Shown in pieces: positions 52,166 to 64,000 of a stretch of DNA of 64,000 bases; position 1 is the first letter of the stretch, and each line of letters begins with the position of its first letter. The notes beneath the pieces were generated by a model, which was given only the letters and a program-made list of their open reading frames with translations, was not told the DNA's origin and did no database searches. The DNA comes from Octopus vulgaris. Its lineage: Eukaryota. The stretch covers positions 38,316,001 to 38,380,000 of the forward strand of contig OX597834.1 in the NCBI GenBank assembly GCA_951406725.2, read 5' to 3'. Made by a program: the position numbers and the translations under genes.

Positions 52166-52937
52166 CGATCTATTTGTGAAATACATATTACATATGTAGT
52201 AGTGCTGGATGTGCTAAATATTTAACTGAATTTTCAGATCTTAATTTTTATTCGGTGATGAATTAATTATCATTTGACACTTTGTTTATGTTACTTTTAC
52301 ATAATATTGAGCTTATATAAAGCAAAGAAAAAGCGAAAGCATATGAATTACCTAAAACCTTGTACGTATTCTCATCAGCCTGGTATTTATTTTTTTAGTG
52401 AAATTATTTGTCGAATAGCTGAGTTACCTCTTGACGTAATTTGACGGAATTCATCACGCCACGTGTGGTTGGCTTTATGTAACGTTGGCTTTATTTAATG
52501 ACATAATTACCTATTCACACATATAACGGCCCCCTTACCAAATGATGTTTACGTAATAGATGCTTGTAAAAATGTGCCAATTTGTGTTACATGTAAACTA
52601 GAAAAATACTAGGCAGCTTTTAGGACAAAATTATTCTCATCAAAAAATCCTGTGTACAAAATTTAAATCGTCCTTCAATGTGAAGACAGAATAAACATTT
52701 ATTTCACATATTTTCTTGCAAAAAAATAATACATAGCTGATTTTACAGTCATGGTTGAATAATGACTCCCATTCTTTGGAATGGGACTCGCGAAAATCAG
52801 AGTCGCGATTTACGAAGTTTCTACTTCAGATATGATTTATTATATTATTTGATTTCATACAGAGCATATCTTCTCGAAATCGTTCACACCAATGTGTGTT
52901 CATTTTATTCCTCCTTTCTTTAATGTACATACGTACA

Positions 52938-53142
52938 AAGGTGACGATCGTTAGCTCACCGGGCAAAATGTTTCGCGGTGTTTTGTACGTCGTTACGTTC
53001 TGAGTTCAAATTCCGCCGACGTCGACTTTGCTTTTCGTCCTTTCGAAGTCGATAAAATAAGTATCATTTGAGCACTGAAGTCGATGTAATCAACTTGCCC
53101 TGACCCCGAAATTATTTTACCTTGTGCCAAAGTTTGAAACTG
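52938..53142 (+). mobile_element. SINE family B
   Basis: tgagttcaaattccgccgacgtcgactttgcttttcgtcctttcgaagtcgataaaataagt. Confidence 0.9.
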
Positions 53143-54044
53143 GTGTACATACGAACATACATGCATACAATCACACATACATCGTGCAACAATCATTTAA
53201 AAGTAAATTTAAAGTATATGTAATTTAAAGACAGTTTTTCTAAATATGCAATGAGGTTCGTTGTTCAAAAATGCACCTAAATAAATGCACTACTCTGCAA
53301 ATAGTGGGACGTGACCATATCAGACAAAATGAGACATTGGAACCAACTTTTATCTTCACAGGAAAAAAAGAAATTTCGTAAAATGTTATATTTTCTATCT
53401 TAAAATACCAGTATCAAAAGCAGAAAATTTGAACAGTGATTATAAATGAGTAGAAATATTTTTTAAATCACTCATTCAGCGTTTGAGATGTCATTTTGGA
53501 AGTGCACATGACCTGTTGCGGTTGTTCTTTTGATATATCTTCGTTTTCTGGCAGAAGAATGTTTTATTTTTTCTTCTTCAGTAAACTTACAACACACAAT
53601 ATTGGCTAAGTTTAGTAAAACGAAGGATCTTTGAACTGGATAGAGAAATACAGTACAGATACATCGTCTCTTGTATACACAAAATGTATGGAAGCTCTAG
53701 CTTAACAATAATCTATAACTGCCCGGAATTTTTAATAGGTTGATGGAGCGGGATGGGCTTTGTCTGGACTATTTATATATTGAAAGCAACTGAACACAAG
53801 GATACTTCTGCAAACATCGGAAGAATCCAAAAACTTCAATGCTCCGACCCTCAATGATCTAGTGAATCAAAGAAATTGTATATGTATCATCTATCTGCTC
53901 TCCTTCTCCCCCTCTCTCTTTCTCTCTATCTAACTATTTCTATCTCCGTATGCATGTGTAGGTATGCCTCTGTATATGTATGTATGTATGCATATATATA
54001 TATTTATGTATATGTATATGTATGTATTAATGTATGTATGAATG

Positions 54045-54100
<56 letters not shown>

Positions 54101-54111
54101 TATATACATAC

Positions 54112-54143
<32 letters not shown>

Positions 54144-54234
54144 GTATGTATATATATTTATGTATATGTATGTATATATGTACGTACACACACTCACATA
54201 CGCACTCACACACACACACACACATTTCTATGTT

Positions 54235-54530
54235 GAACTTCGTCACAGGAAGCGGAGCCGTGGTGGCCAGAGTTTGTGATACAGGGATGTGCTGAAGAGC
54301 TAAATGAACTTCGGTGTCTTCCGAGACATCTGGGAGGAAAAAATCTTGCGACACCGGTCGCTGAAGCTTGTATTTCGAGCCACTGAGAAGCGACAACAGA
54401 GGGAATAGGAAAGAGCACATGAGAGGCGTCACTTCTCTGATGTGTCAAGTAGCTCCACCTGCAGTAGATGTCATCGATGCTGCAAATGAAGAGTAGGCTT
54501 CCTAGCCAGCATGCGAACCTGCCAGGGATT
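54235..54530 (+). mobile_element. RTE-BovB-like LINE C-terminal relic
   Basis: [17 protein letters not shown] and a terminal TCSRCHRCCK*RVGFL..H Cys/His motif. Confidence 0.75.
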
Positions 54531-55140
54531 ATTACTGAACAAGAACAGTCGACATCGACCTACGATGGACAGCCGAACACATATACTCGAAATACGAGAC
54601 TAGAAAAACAGCCAACGACTGATGAAGGGTCGTTCTTTATGTTGCCTTTTTTTTGTTTGTTTTACATTTGTGTCTTTCTTCGTTCGAAAGAATAGTTCAT
54701 GTTCCATGTACTCGTGCTTCATATTTTCTTTTTGTTGTACACGTTTCGTGACCTCTTGTGCCCACATATGCATCTATATATAGGTATAGATGTAAGTACA
54801 TATACGTATGTGTATATGCATATATATATATATATATATATATGCACATACATGCACGTACATATACATATGGAGGAGAGAGAGAGATCGATAGCTAGAT
54901 GTGATCGTTGCAGATTAACTACGGGCCAGCACTCGTGAAAGAGGTTCATTTGGATATATTATTTACAGGACAATATTATCAACTCGTTCTTTCTTTATTA
55001 AAATAGTAAATTGTGATTTCATGGAAATATGGCTGCGGTTTTTAGCAGTGGGGTCGCCCAGATGTGTAGAGGTTCCCTCACTGGCTTATGAGCATGTTTA
55101 TATATATATATATGTGTGTGCGTTGTGTGTGTGTGTGTGT

Positions 55141-55467
55141 GAAGGCGCGTGGTTTAGTGGGGCTCACGATCGCAAGGTTGTGAGTTCAATTCCCTGAGAC
55201 ACGTTGTGTCCTTGAGCAAGACACGTTATTTTTTTTTTTTTTTTTCACGTTGCTCCAGTCCACTCATCTGGCAAAAATAAGTAGTACCTGTATTTCAAAG
55301 AGGCCAGCCTTGTCACACTCTGTATCACGCTGAATCTCCCTAAGAACTTACGTTAACGGTACACGTGTCTGCGGAGTGCTCAGCCATATGCACGTTAATT
55401 TCACGAGCAGGCTATTCCGTTGATCGGATTAACTGGAACCCTTATCGTCGTTACCGATAGAGTGCCA
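55141..55467 (+). mobile_element. SINE family C variant 2 (tRNA-Arg-like head, CORE/V-like middle)
   Basis: ggcgcgtggtttagtgg...gagttcaattccc...ttgtgtccttgagcaagacac; 3' half shared with 61849-62228. Confidence 0.9.
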
Positions 55468-55504
55468 TATATAAATATTTGTATGTAATATCATATGTAT
55501 AGTT

Positions 55505-55722
55505 AGGGCGGCAAGCTCAGCAGAATCGTTAGCATGCCGAGTAAAATGCTTAGCGGCGTTTCGTCTGTCTTTACGTTCTGAATTCAAATTCCTCCCAGGT
55601 CGACTTTGCCTATCATCCTTTCGGGGATAATAAAATAAGTACCAGTTGACTACTGGTGTCGACGTAATTGACTTATCCCCTCCCCCATTAATGCTGGCCT
55701 TGTACCAAAATTTGAAATCAAT
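55505..55722 (+). mobile_element. SINE family B, full copy
   Basis: Head, B-box and core intact. Confidence 0.92.
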
Positions 55723-56300
55723 ATCATGTGCACAGTTATTTGAAAAATGTTCACTTCAGCCAATTTCAGATCCTTCTTTACATGTGCGCGAGGTTGTGCA
55801 GGTGTATGTGAATACGTGTATGTCAGAACATATTTTCTTACATTCACAGAGCCCCCACCCCCACACAAACACACACACTCCCCCCTCTCCCTCTCACATG
55901 CACACACGCACACACACACACACACAATTCTATGTAAGTATGTGTGTTCATGTATGCAAATGTTTTTTACATGATTAGTAACTGACAAATTTTTTATCTT
56001 TCTGACGTCAACTCTAGACAATAAACATAAACATGAGTGGTGTTTGGTAGCTAAGTCGGGTAGTCAGAACTGGCACCCTGCCTACCTATCAAACTTGCCA
56101 TGTACTGCCATGTTGCGGCTAGGGTGGAATGTAAAGCCAACGGTGGTGGTGGTGGTGGTGATGGTGATGGCGCTGGCAGTGATAACAAATTGCATTGACT
56201 CTATTTCTACCTGAATTCCTAAGTTTCGCCTCACATAGTTTGCTTTTTTGAATACAAAAACACACACACACACACACATACACACTCTAACATATACTGC

Positions 56301-56370
<70 letters not shown>

Positions 56371-56602
56371 TGCATATATTTATGTACATAGGAATATGTA
56401 TTTATATTTGTATATACGCTATCAGACATAATTATATATACCTATCAGACTCTATATATTTCCAACATATGGTTGCATTGAGTACTTTTATGTTCTTTTT
56501 TCTGCCACAAAATAAACAAAAACTGTAAACATACATACATATATATACATACATGCATGCATGCATACATACATACGTACTTATATATGTATATATATTT
56601 TT

Positions 56603-56795
56603 TCTTTTACTTGTTTCAGTCATTTGACTGCGGCCATGCTGGAGTACCACCTTTAGTCGAATGCATCGACCCAGGACTTATTCTTTGTAAGGGTAGTACT
56701 TATTCGATCGGTCTCTTTTGCCGAACTGCTAAGTTACGGGGATGTAAACACACCAACATCGATTGTCAAACGATGGTGGTAGGGAACAAACACAG
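56603..56795 (-). mobile_element. SINE family A 3' half
   Basis: Tail to central microsatellite. Confidence 0.92.
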
Positions 56796-56950
56796 TCACA
56801 CAAATATATATATACATGCATACATATATACATACATACATACATACATACATACATACATACATACATACACATACACACATTCACATACACACACACA
56901 CACACATATACATGTATGTATTTGCGTGTGTGGTGTGTCGTTGTGCATAC

Positions 56951-57132
56951 GTTTGTTCCCCACCACCGCTTGTCAATCGCTGTTGGTTTGTTTGCGTTTC
57001 AGTAGGTTAGGGATTCGGCAAAGAAAATCGATAGAATAAATGCCAGACTTAGAAAATAAGTAATGGAATCCAGTTCTTTGATTTACACCCTTGAAGGTAG
57101 CGCTCCAGCATGGCTGCAGACTAATGAATGAT
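56951..57132 (+). mobile_element. SINE family A 3' half, diverged
   Basis: ttcggcaaagaaaatcgatagaataa...gctccagcatggctgcag. Confidence 0.75.
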
Positions 57133-58582
57133 GCACACAGAAATATCTGCAACATCAGTAGTTTCAGAAACCTCAAACACTGTGCTATGGATACAAACGG
57201 CTACCATTAGTTCTAAAAAAAGGGGAAGGGGTGGGGGCAGAGGCAAAAACAGGAATTGAAATTAGATTGAACAGGTGAAAGAATAAAACCGGCATCTCAC
57301 AGAACTGATCATTGCACGCCGGAGTATGCAATATGGCACTCGGCTGGACGGCGATGTGGCATTTCTGGAAAGATAGTTCTGTTTTGAGTTGTGCCTCAAT
57401 TGTTTGGCCAATTACCTGTAGCAACAACAGACCAACAGAGAAACCTCAGCAGATCCATTCATTTTTCTAGAAACAGCAGCTAAGTCTTACGACATGATAC
57501 CTATTATTTTTTTTTATAATGATAAAGCATGTATGAATAAAGGATTAGTTGGCCACGGGTGGAATGCTTTTGATCATAGTTATGCTGGATTACGGCTGTC
57601 CTGGGGCTAAACAACAGCAGCAACATTTGTATTACTAGTAGTTGGTTGCACAAAAGTAGTTGACAAGATTTTAAATAGATTTGAACCTGTTTTGTTGTTT
57701 CATATTTACGACAATTGTAATAGCAAAAGTCAATCAATTAGAGACAGACAATGTAAGTTAATTTAGCAGTCTGACAATATTGTCAATACATTGTAATTAA
57801 CTACATTCACTTGTCATTTTACATATTTCTTCTCTTCTGTTCCTTTACTTATTCGCATTCTTTCGTTCTCTTTCTTTCCTTGTTTCTCTCTTTTTTTTTC
57901 TTTCTTCGTCCCTCTCCCCCCTTTTTTCTTCATCACCACTACCACCACCATCACCATCACCACCATTATCACCATTGTCATCATCATCGTCGTCGTCGTC
58001 GTCGTCGTCATCATTTGTGTCTCTATGGTTACGTGATGCTGTCATGCTATGTTTGTAAAGTGTGTGTTAGTGCTTGTGTGTGTGCGCTTATGTCTATGTT
58101 TGTCTACGTGATTAAGTGTGTGTAAGGTCTGTGTGTAGGTGCTGCTACCTCTGACTGTGCATGCGAGCGAAAGAGTGTGTGTTGGTGCGTTTATGTGCGA
58201 AATAGTGTACCTCACTCATTTATAGACTCGTTCTGCAGAAAACAATGAAGTAAACAAGATTTAAGGAAAAAAAAAGACAAACAAAAGTTATCGTTGGTCA
58301 CTGCTGGGCAGGAATGCAATACTGTCGGAAAATGCCGGAATCATTATGCTTCCCATTTGCAGTTCCGAAGAAAGTGTTCCGTTCTGCAAACTAGGTAAAA
58401 TAGGGAATAACAAAAATTTCCAGGAAAGACTGTTGGACACTTTGGAAAGACATGAAAGGGCTTCGGAAAGACGGGAACGAGTTAAACAATAACAATACAT
58501 CATCTATAAAAGTGGCTCCCAAACATTTTCAGGCTGCCCGATATACATACATACACGCATAAACGCACGCACGCACACAGAA

Positions 58583-58615
<33 letters not shown>

Positions 58616-58700
58616 CGCACACACATACATACGTGGTTATAAGTAAACAGATTTAAATATGCGAAATTGTGTACATTGTGTGGGTGTAAATGTGTATGTA

Positions 58701-58739
<39 letters not shown>

Positions 58740-59358
58740 AGCATAAGTAGGTAGTTTCGTGTTAGTGAGATTATGTTAAGTGCCTGGTGGTAATTGATCG
58801 GCCTGGAAGTTGGCTGTGTGCCAAAATATCGGCAGACAAATTCGCAGAAAAGAATGTTGATCGTCACTCCAGCACCAGGCTGTTGTCTGGAAACGCTAGG
58901 TGCAACCAACGAACCAACCAACCAACTAGCCAATCAGCCAGCCAGCCAACCGACCAGCCACTAAGTTAGCCGGTCAACTAACCAGTCTGTACTAGCCAAA
59001 GAAGGCCTGTTTGTAAACTTTAGGTGTAAACAACCAGCCAGCTAGCCTGTCAGCCATTTACTCCAGCACCAGGCAAAAGCCAGTTTTTTTGGAAACAGAT
59101 CTAATTAAATCGACAACAAACTGACCAACCAGCCGTTCAACTGACGGACAATCAGTCAGAAAACTAACAACAGCGTTTCTGCGATTCCTCTAGTTATTTT
59201 GAGTTGATGAAACCTGAACAAAGACGAAAAAAGATACGCATGTGTACTGTTACCACACAACACGATTTTAAAGGAATTATTCTAGTTTAGCATCGTTGTC
59301 CCGACATCCAACCGGTTTGAAATTCTGCTTTTTTTTTGGGTGGGGGGGTTGTCTCTTA

Positions 59359-59887
59359 TCTTTTACTTGTTTCAGGCATTAGACTGCGACCATACTGGGG
59401 CACTGCCATGAAAAAAATGTTTAGTTGAGCAAATCGACCCCAGTATTTTCCCCTCTTAATACCTGGTACTTATTTTGCTGAACCGTTTGTTACGAGGACG
59501 TAAATGCATTAACATGATGAAGGACAAACACACACACACACACACACACACACAATACATTCATTCGTGCATGCATGCATGAATACATTCATACATACAT
59601 ACATACATACATACGTCTACCAAATGCACTCATAAGTCTTTGGTCAGCCTGATGCTACAGTAGAAGATACTTGCCCAAGGTACCATGTAGTGGGACAAAG
59701 CTCGGAACTACACGGTGTTTGCGAAGCAAACTTCTTACTACACAGCACCATTTCTTTTTTCTTTTTTTTTTTTGAAATCTGCAAAAAATTTATATATATA
59801 TATATTTATATATATATAAAATGGCGGTGCCCCAGCATGGCCACAGCTCATGAGCTGAAACTGGAAAAATCAAAATCAAAATCAAAT
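59359..59887. mobile_element. Diverged SINE A (minus, 59359-59747) plus a plus-strand SINE A tail (59821-59887)
   Basis: Family A motifs; the second tail ends in (AAATCA)n instead of (GTAAAAGA)n. Confidence 0.8.
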
Positions 59888-60094
59888 ATATATATCAGTT
59901 TGACATTCAAAGCGACAGGCATTTATATTTTTATCTGACTAGCATGTTAAGAAACAGTTACTCTAGGAACTCTACCGGGATTTGAAACTAAAACCTTGTA
60001 CATCACTCACATGCAAAACCACAATATTCTTAATTGTCCCTAAGATGGAAAAAAGACTTCAATAATGCATTACTCTGTTCTTAGAAGATTTTGG

Positions 60095-61620
60095 TAAAAT
60101 GTGATCACTGTTTTGCAGAACTCTTTGTGGCAAAAGGAAGGAGGTTAGATATTAAAGAGCATTTGCAATGTCAAAGGCACGAGGCGTGTGTTGTCAGCTC
60201 GTCACGATTGCATACTTTTTGGAAAATCATCAAATAATTAAGTTGAAGATACTCGTTCCTGCTAGAGAAGCTATTTATATTTTTAATACTGCTTCTCGTG
60301 ACTTTGGATGCCAAACATGTGACTCTTCGAAAAGGTTGATCTCAAAGCCTTCTAGCCAAACTTTCGTCTAGTGCTGTCAATATGTGAAACCATAGTTTTA
60401 AATGTAATTGCATCAATGGCTAAATCTGAGATTGCTAAACACCGGACTGGGACAAAATTTTACAGCAACTTCTATTGATGCTTCGAACCGAAAGGATGTT
60501 AAAATGACACCTTCCATTATTCGCTACGACATTCCGGGTCAGTGTGTTCAAGTCAACTTTTGGATATGCACAGCTGAGATCATGACTAATGCCTTAGTCT
60601 CAGTTATTGCCAATCACAGGGTGATAGGAAAAATTGTAGCATTTTGAGGCGTAAAGCGAAAAAGGGAGAACAATATTAAAATCAAACTATGGAGGAACAT
60701 TGTTGTCATTGGCTGTGATGCACACACTGCACCCCAAACAGCTTACCAATAAGAATAAAGGTACTTACTATGAAAATTTTCAAATATTTTCACATGCTTA
60801 TAGTTTGTGCAATTGCTAAAAGAATGTTGTGACTTTGCCAAAAGCTATTACATCATAATACCAGATTTTGGTCACCAGCAGTAAAAGAGAAAGCCAGTCT
60901 TTGTTCCCAAGAGCGCTGCTCAGGACTGATAAGACAATTCTTTGAACATGATTTTGGAGAAATGTAATTATGGCTTTTACAAGGATAGCTCAGCCTTTTT
61001 CGGAAAGCTATTCTGGCCATGAAGAAAGCTAATTCCATTGCAGCAAATATCAAACTAGAATTGCAAAACCTCATTACATTACAAATATAAAAAAGCGAAG
61101 AAACTGTGGATTTGTACAGCAAGAGGTAAAAGCCTTGCCGAGAAAATTTGTATGAATAGTGTAAACATTGGAAAGGAAAGAAAGAATTTAAATGTTTTCA
61201 TGAAAAGACATCTTTCAACCTAGACTTATAGAAAGAGAACTTTGAAGAGGCGGGAGACTTCGTGTTGTTAAATTCTAGAAACACATCTTGGATCAGTGTT
61301 GAGAGGTTTGTAGGAGAATAGAAATAGACGTACGAGAATTGGTGGTAACCAATCTAATAATGCAATAATCGATCATTCGATAAATAAGAAAGTAGTGATA
61401 TTAAGTAATGATACTAACTCTTAGGAGACAGTCTAACTTAAAACGGAATGCATCTAATCCTAGGATGGATAATTTCATGATGGACATAAGAAGTAAGAAG
61501 TAGGCATAATCAGCTCTTCTGTAAACTGTAAAAATGTAAATTACTTTTCTGTAAAAATTCTATTCCGAACTTCTTTGAAATACTGAATAGATAATATTCC
61601 TCGCAACTAAGTTAGTATCA
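60095..61620 (+). mobile_element. hAT-superfamily transposase relic
   Basis: KCDHCFAELFVAKGRRLDIKEHL (BED-like), SIDASNRKDVKMTPSIIRY (first catalytic D), IGCDAHTLH (CxxH), HNTRFW, SVERF, colinear. Confidence 0.7.
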
Positions 61621-61848
61621 GTTATTTAATAAAAATACGGTTAATCTTACTTATTTTAAAAGTTTATGGCTATCATAGCGACCTCAAATAGAAAAATAAA
61701 ATGGATGGGATACCAGTATGCAAAGCCACATCTACAGTTAGCAACAAGGATAGAACATCAAATACTATTAGTATAAGAAAAATAGTTCCTGCAAATTTCC
61801 CGCTCAATCTGAAAAATTCAGCTTTGTAGAGACAGTAATATGAACAGC

Positions 61849-62228
61849 GGAGGCGCAATGGCCCAGTGGTTAGGGCAGCGGACTCGCGGTCATAGGATCG
61901 CGGTTTCGATTCCCAGATCGGGCGTTGTGAGTGTTTATTGAGCGAAAACACCTAAAGCTCCACGAGGCTCTGGCAGGGGATGGTGGTGATCCCTGCTGTA
62001 CTCTTTCACCATAACTTTCTCTCACTCTTACTTCCTGTTTCTGTTGTACCTGTATTTCAAAGGGCCGGCCTTGTCACTCTGTGTCACGCTGAATATCCCC
62101 GAGAACTACGTTAAGGGTACACGTGTCTGTGGAGTGCTCAGCCACTTACACGTCAATTTCACGAGCAGGCTGTTCCGTTGATTCGGATCAACCGGAACCC
62201 TCGTCGTCGTAACCGACGGAGTGCTTCC
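61849..62228 (+). mobile_element. SINE family C variant 1 with perfect 12-bp TSD
   Basis: tRNA-like head ggaggcgcaatggcccagtggtt...ggtttcgattccc; TSD AATATGAACAGC at 61837-61848 and 62229-62240. Confidence 0.96.
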
Positions 62229-63329
62229 AATATGAACAGCTCCTGCGCTATATCTCAATATGCCTCCGTCTTTTAACGTCTCCGGAAATTTATTGTGATC
62301 CAACATATTCTCAGATACTTTTTAATAGGCATTTTTAAAAAAGAATTGTTATAACCGTAATTGTAAATATAGAACTTTTATAGAATGTCCTCAAGTCGGG
62401 AATTGCGTACAGAAAATTGTTCTATACAAATGAACTGTTGAAACGAATCATAGTTTTAGATAGTACATAGCTGACTTTCTCACGATGTGCATTTCTTTGC
62501 ACAATCAATCATTTTGTAACAATGAGCAGACATTTTCTTTGCAAAATACGTTTTTAGTATAAAGTCAAAAGCAATAAAATTCTATCTGCATTGGTCTATT
62601 ATCCATTCTATCATTCCTAACCAGTAAACGCGTTGTGAATGTCGATTATGTATACGTAAGGTATTTGCTATCCTTATGACTGATAATCGGCACTTAATTA
62701 ACAAATGATATGAACTAATTATTAATTGTATGCGTCAGATAAAGCGGTTATACTGTAACTACTTTACGCTGAATTAATTATCATCTCTTCATCAAGAATT
62801 AAACGGATGTTTTAGTATGCGTTCCATCCGCGTGTATCATATTAGGTTCCAATATTCAATTTCTTTCTCTGTTATTACCGACCTTCTAGTCTTCGACCAA
62901 CATCTAATATTTAAAACATGCCTATTAGCCACGATTGCTGAAGTATTTATCACATATACATTTTTCTTCATATTTATATTCTTCATATCAATTCATCATA
63001 TAATTAATTCTACCACATGGTTCATGTCATTGTAAAATTAGTTATCTTACTCGTTTATCGGCCCCATTAAGTATCTTAATTAGTAATTCTTAATTTTCAA
63101 TAAATGGGTTTTAAGAATATTTTGGAGATTTTAATTTTAATTCTAATTTTAACATTTAATTTATGCTGTTACTATTATAAATATTAATTACTATTTTCGT
63201 CTGTATTATCATTTGTTGTCTTTTGACCTACACAGAGTAGTATATACCTATCACTCATTATACACGTTGACATATATTGTAATATTAGTGTATCAGAATC
63301 ATTTGACTACCCTCACTATTACTAAGGTT

Positions 63330-63505
63330 AAGGCAGCGAGCTGACAGAATTTCTTCTGGCACATTAGGTTTTGAGTCCAAAACCTGCCGATGTTAACTTT
63401 GTCTTTCATCATTCGGAATCGATAAAATGAAGTACCAGCCAAGTAGTGGGGTCGATGTAATCGACTAAAACGAGTGGCCCTGTGGTAAAATTTGAAATGC
63501 TAATA
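63330..63505 (+). mobile_element. SINE family B, diverged
   Basis: aaggcagcgagctgacagaat...gataaaatgaagtaccag...ggggtcgatgtaatcgact. Confidence 0.82.
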
Positions 63506-63851
63506 TTGATAATTATTATTGTTGCTGTCATTGTGATATATTTCCTCTTTTGTAAGAAATATGGCATTGATAATAATATTAATGCTAACGAGATCCGAAT
63601 GACTTTCAAACTAATTTAGATTCTTCACAAATTTACGCATTCTTTGACGCACTTCCATTGCAGTTCAGTATGTCATTTTAAAACCACTGAAGTATAAGAA
63701 TTCCTTTGGACATAGTGTATCTCAATTACTCTTATTAGCCTACTAACCCAAAATATGATTGCCCGTCATCTCTGTTTTTCTATATATGCTACCCTGATCT
63801 TTCTTTGTTGATAGTTTTCCTTTTTCCTCCTTTCTTACTCTTTTATACACA

Positions 63852-63934
63852 GGGTGCGGTGGGACTGAAACCGGAACCATGTGGTTGTGAAGCAAGCTTC
63901 TTACCATACAGCAAGCTTCTTGCCACACAGCCAC
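63852..63934 (-). mobile_element. SINE family A head fragment
   Basis: gtgggactgaaaccggaaccatgtggttg...ccacacagccac, with a small internal duplication. Confidence 0.85.
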
Positions 63935-63935
63935 G

Positions 63936-64000
<65 letters not shown>

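Noticed and set aside
56125-56136. TGGAATGTAAAG, identical to the first 12 nt of miR-1
   Set aside because: The 3' half diverges completely and there is no complementary upstream arm.
58300-58340. miR-8/200-like seed (AATACTGTC) preceded by GGGCAG
   Set aside because: The arms are too close and too weakly paired for a pre-miRNA.
61849-61922. tRNA gene call for SINE heads
   Set aside because: A/B boxes are present but the cloverleaf is incomplete and continues into a SINE body with a TSD.

Overview
AT-rich, microsatellite-saturated eukaryotic DNA. The tRNA-derived SINE families and repeat landscape look like an Octopus (coleoid cephalopod) genome; this is inference from repeat recognition, not a search. 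I find no confidently supported host protein-coding gene, and nearly all ORFs in the supplied track are microsatellite or SINE artefacts. The window is intergenic or intronic and holds: (i) about 35 copies or fragments of three tRNA-derived SINE families, plus an older dispersed repeat; (ii) decayed autonomous TEs of many superfamilies (RTE/BovB-like, Vingi/Ingi-like, L1/Tx1-like, an RLE-type non-LTR element, Penelope-like, mariner, hAT, Chapaev), a clean non-autonomous Helitron, a MITE and a probable solo LTR; (iii) long TA/CA/GATA/trinucleotide arrays. The most notable signals are structured RNAs: an HDV-like ribozyme fold heading an RTE-type 5' UTR (15106-15183), a type I hammerhead ribozyme with a U3-A8 compensatory core (2621-2669, minus), a second Penelope-type hammerhead relic (46392-46432), and long fold-backs, including a near-concentric ~1.2 kb one (24385-25580) that could be an ADAR substrate. 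Also notable are a strong plus-strand bias of TE fragments and a weak candidate minus-strand first exon encoding MGKEASLEG. Coordinates of degraded elements are approximate.
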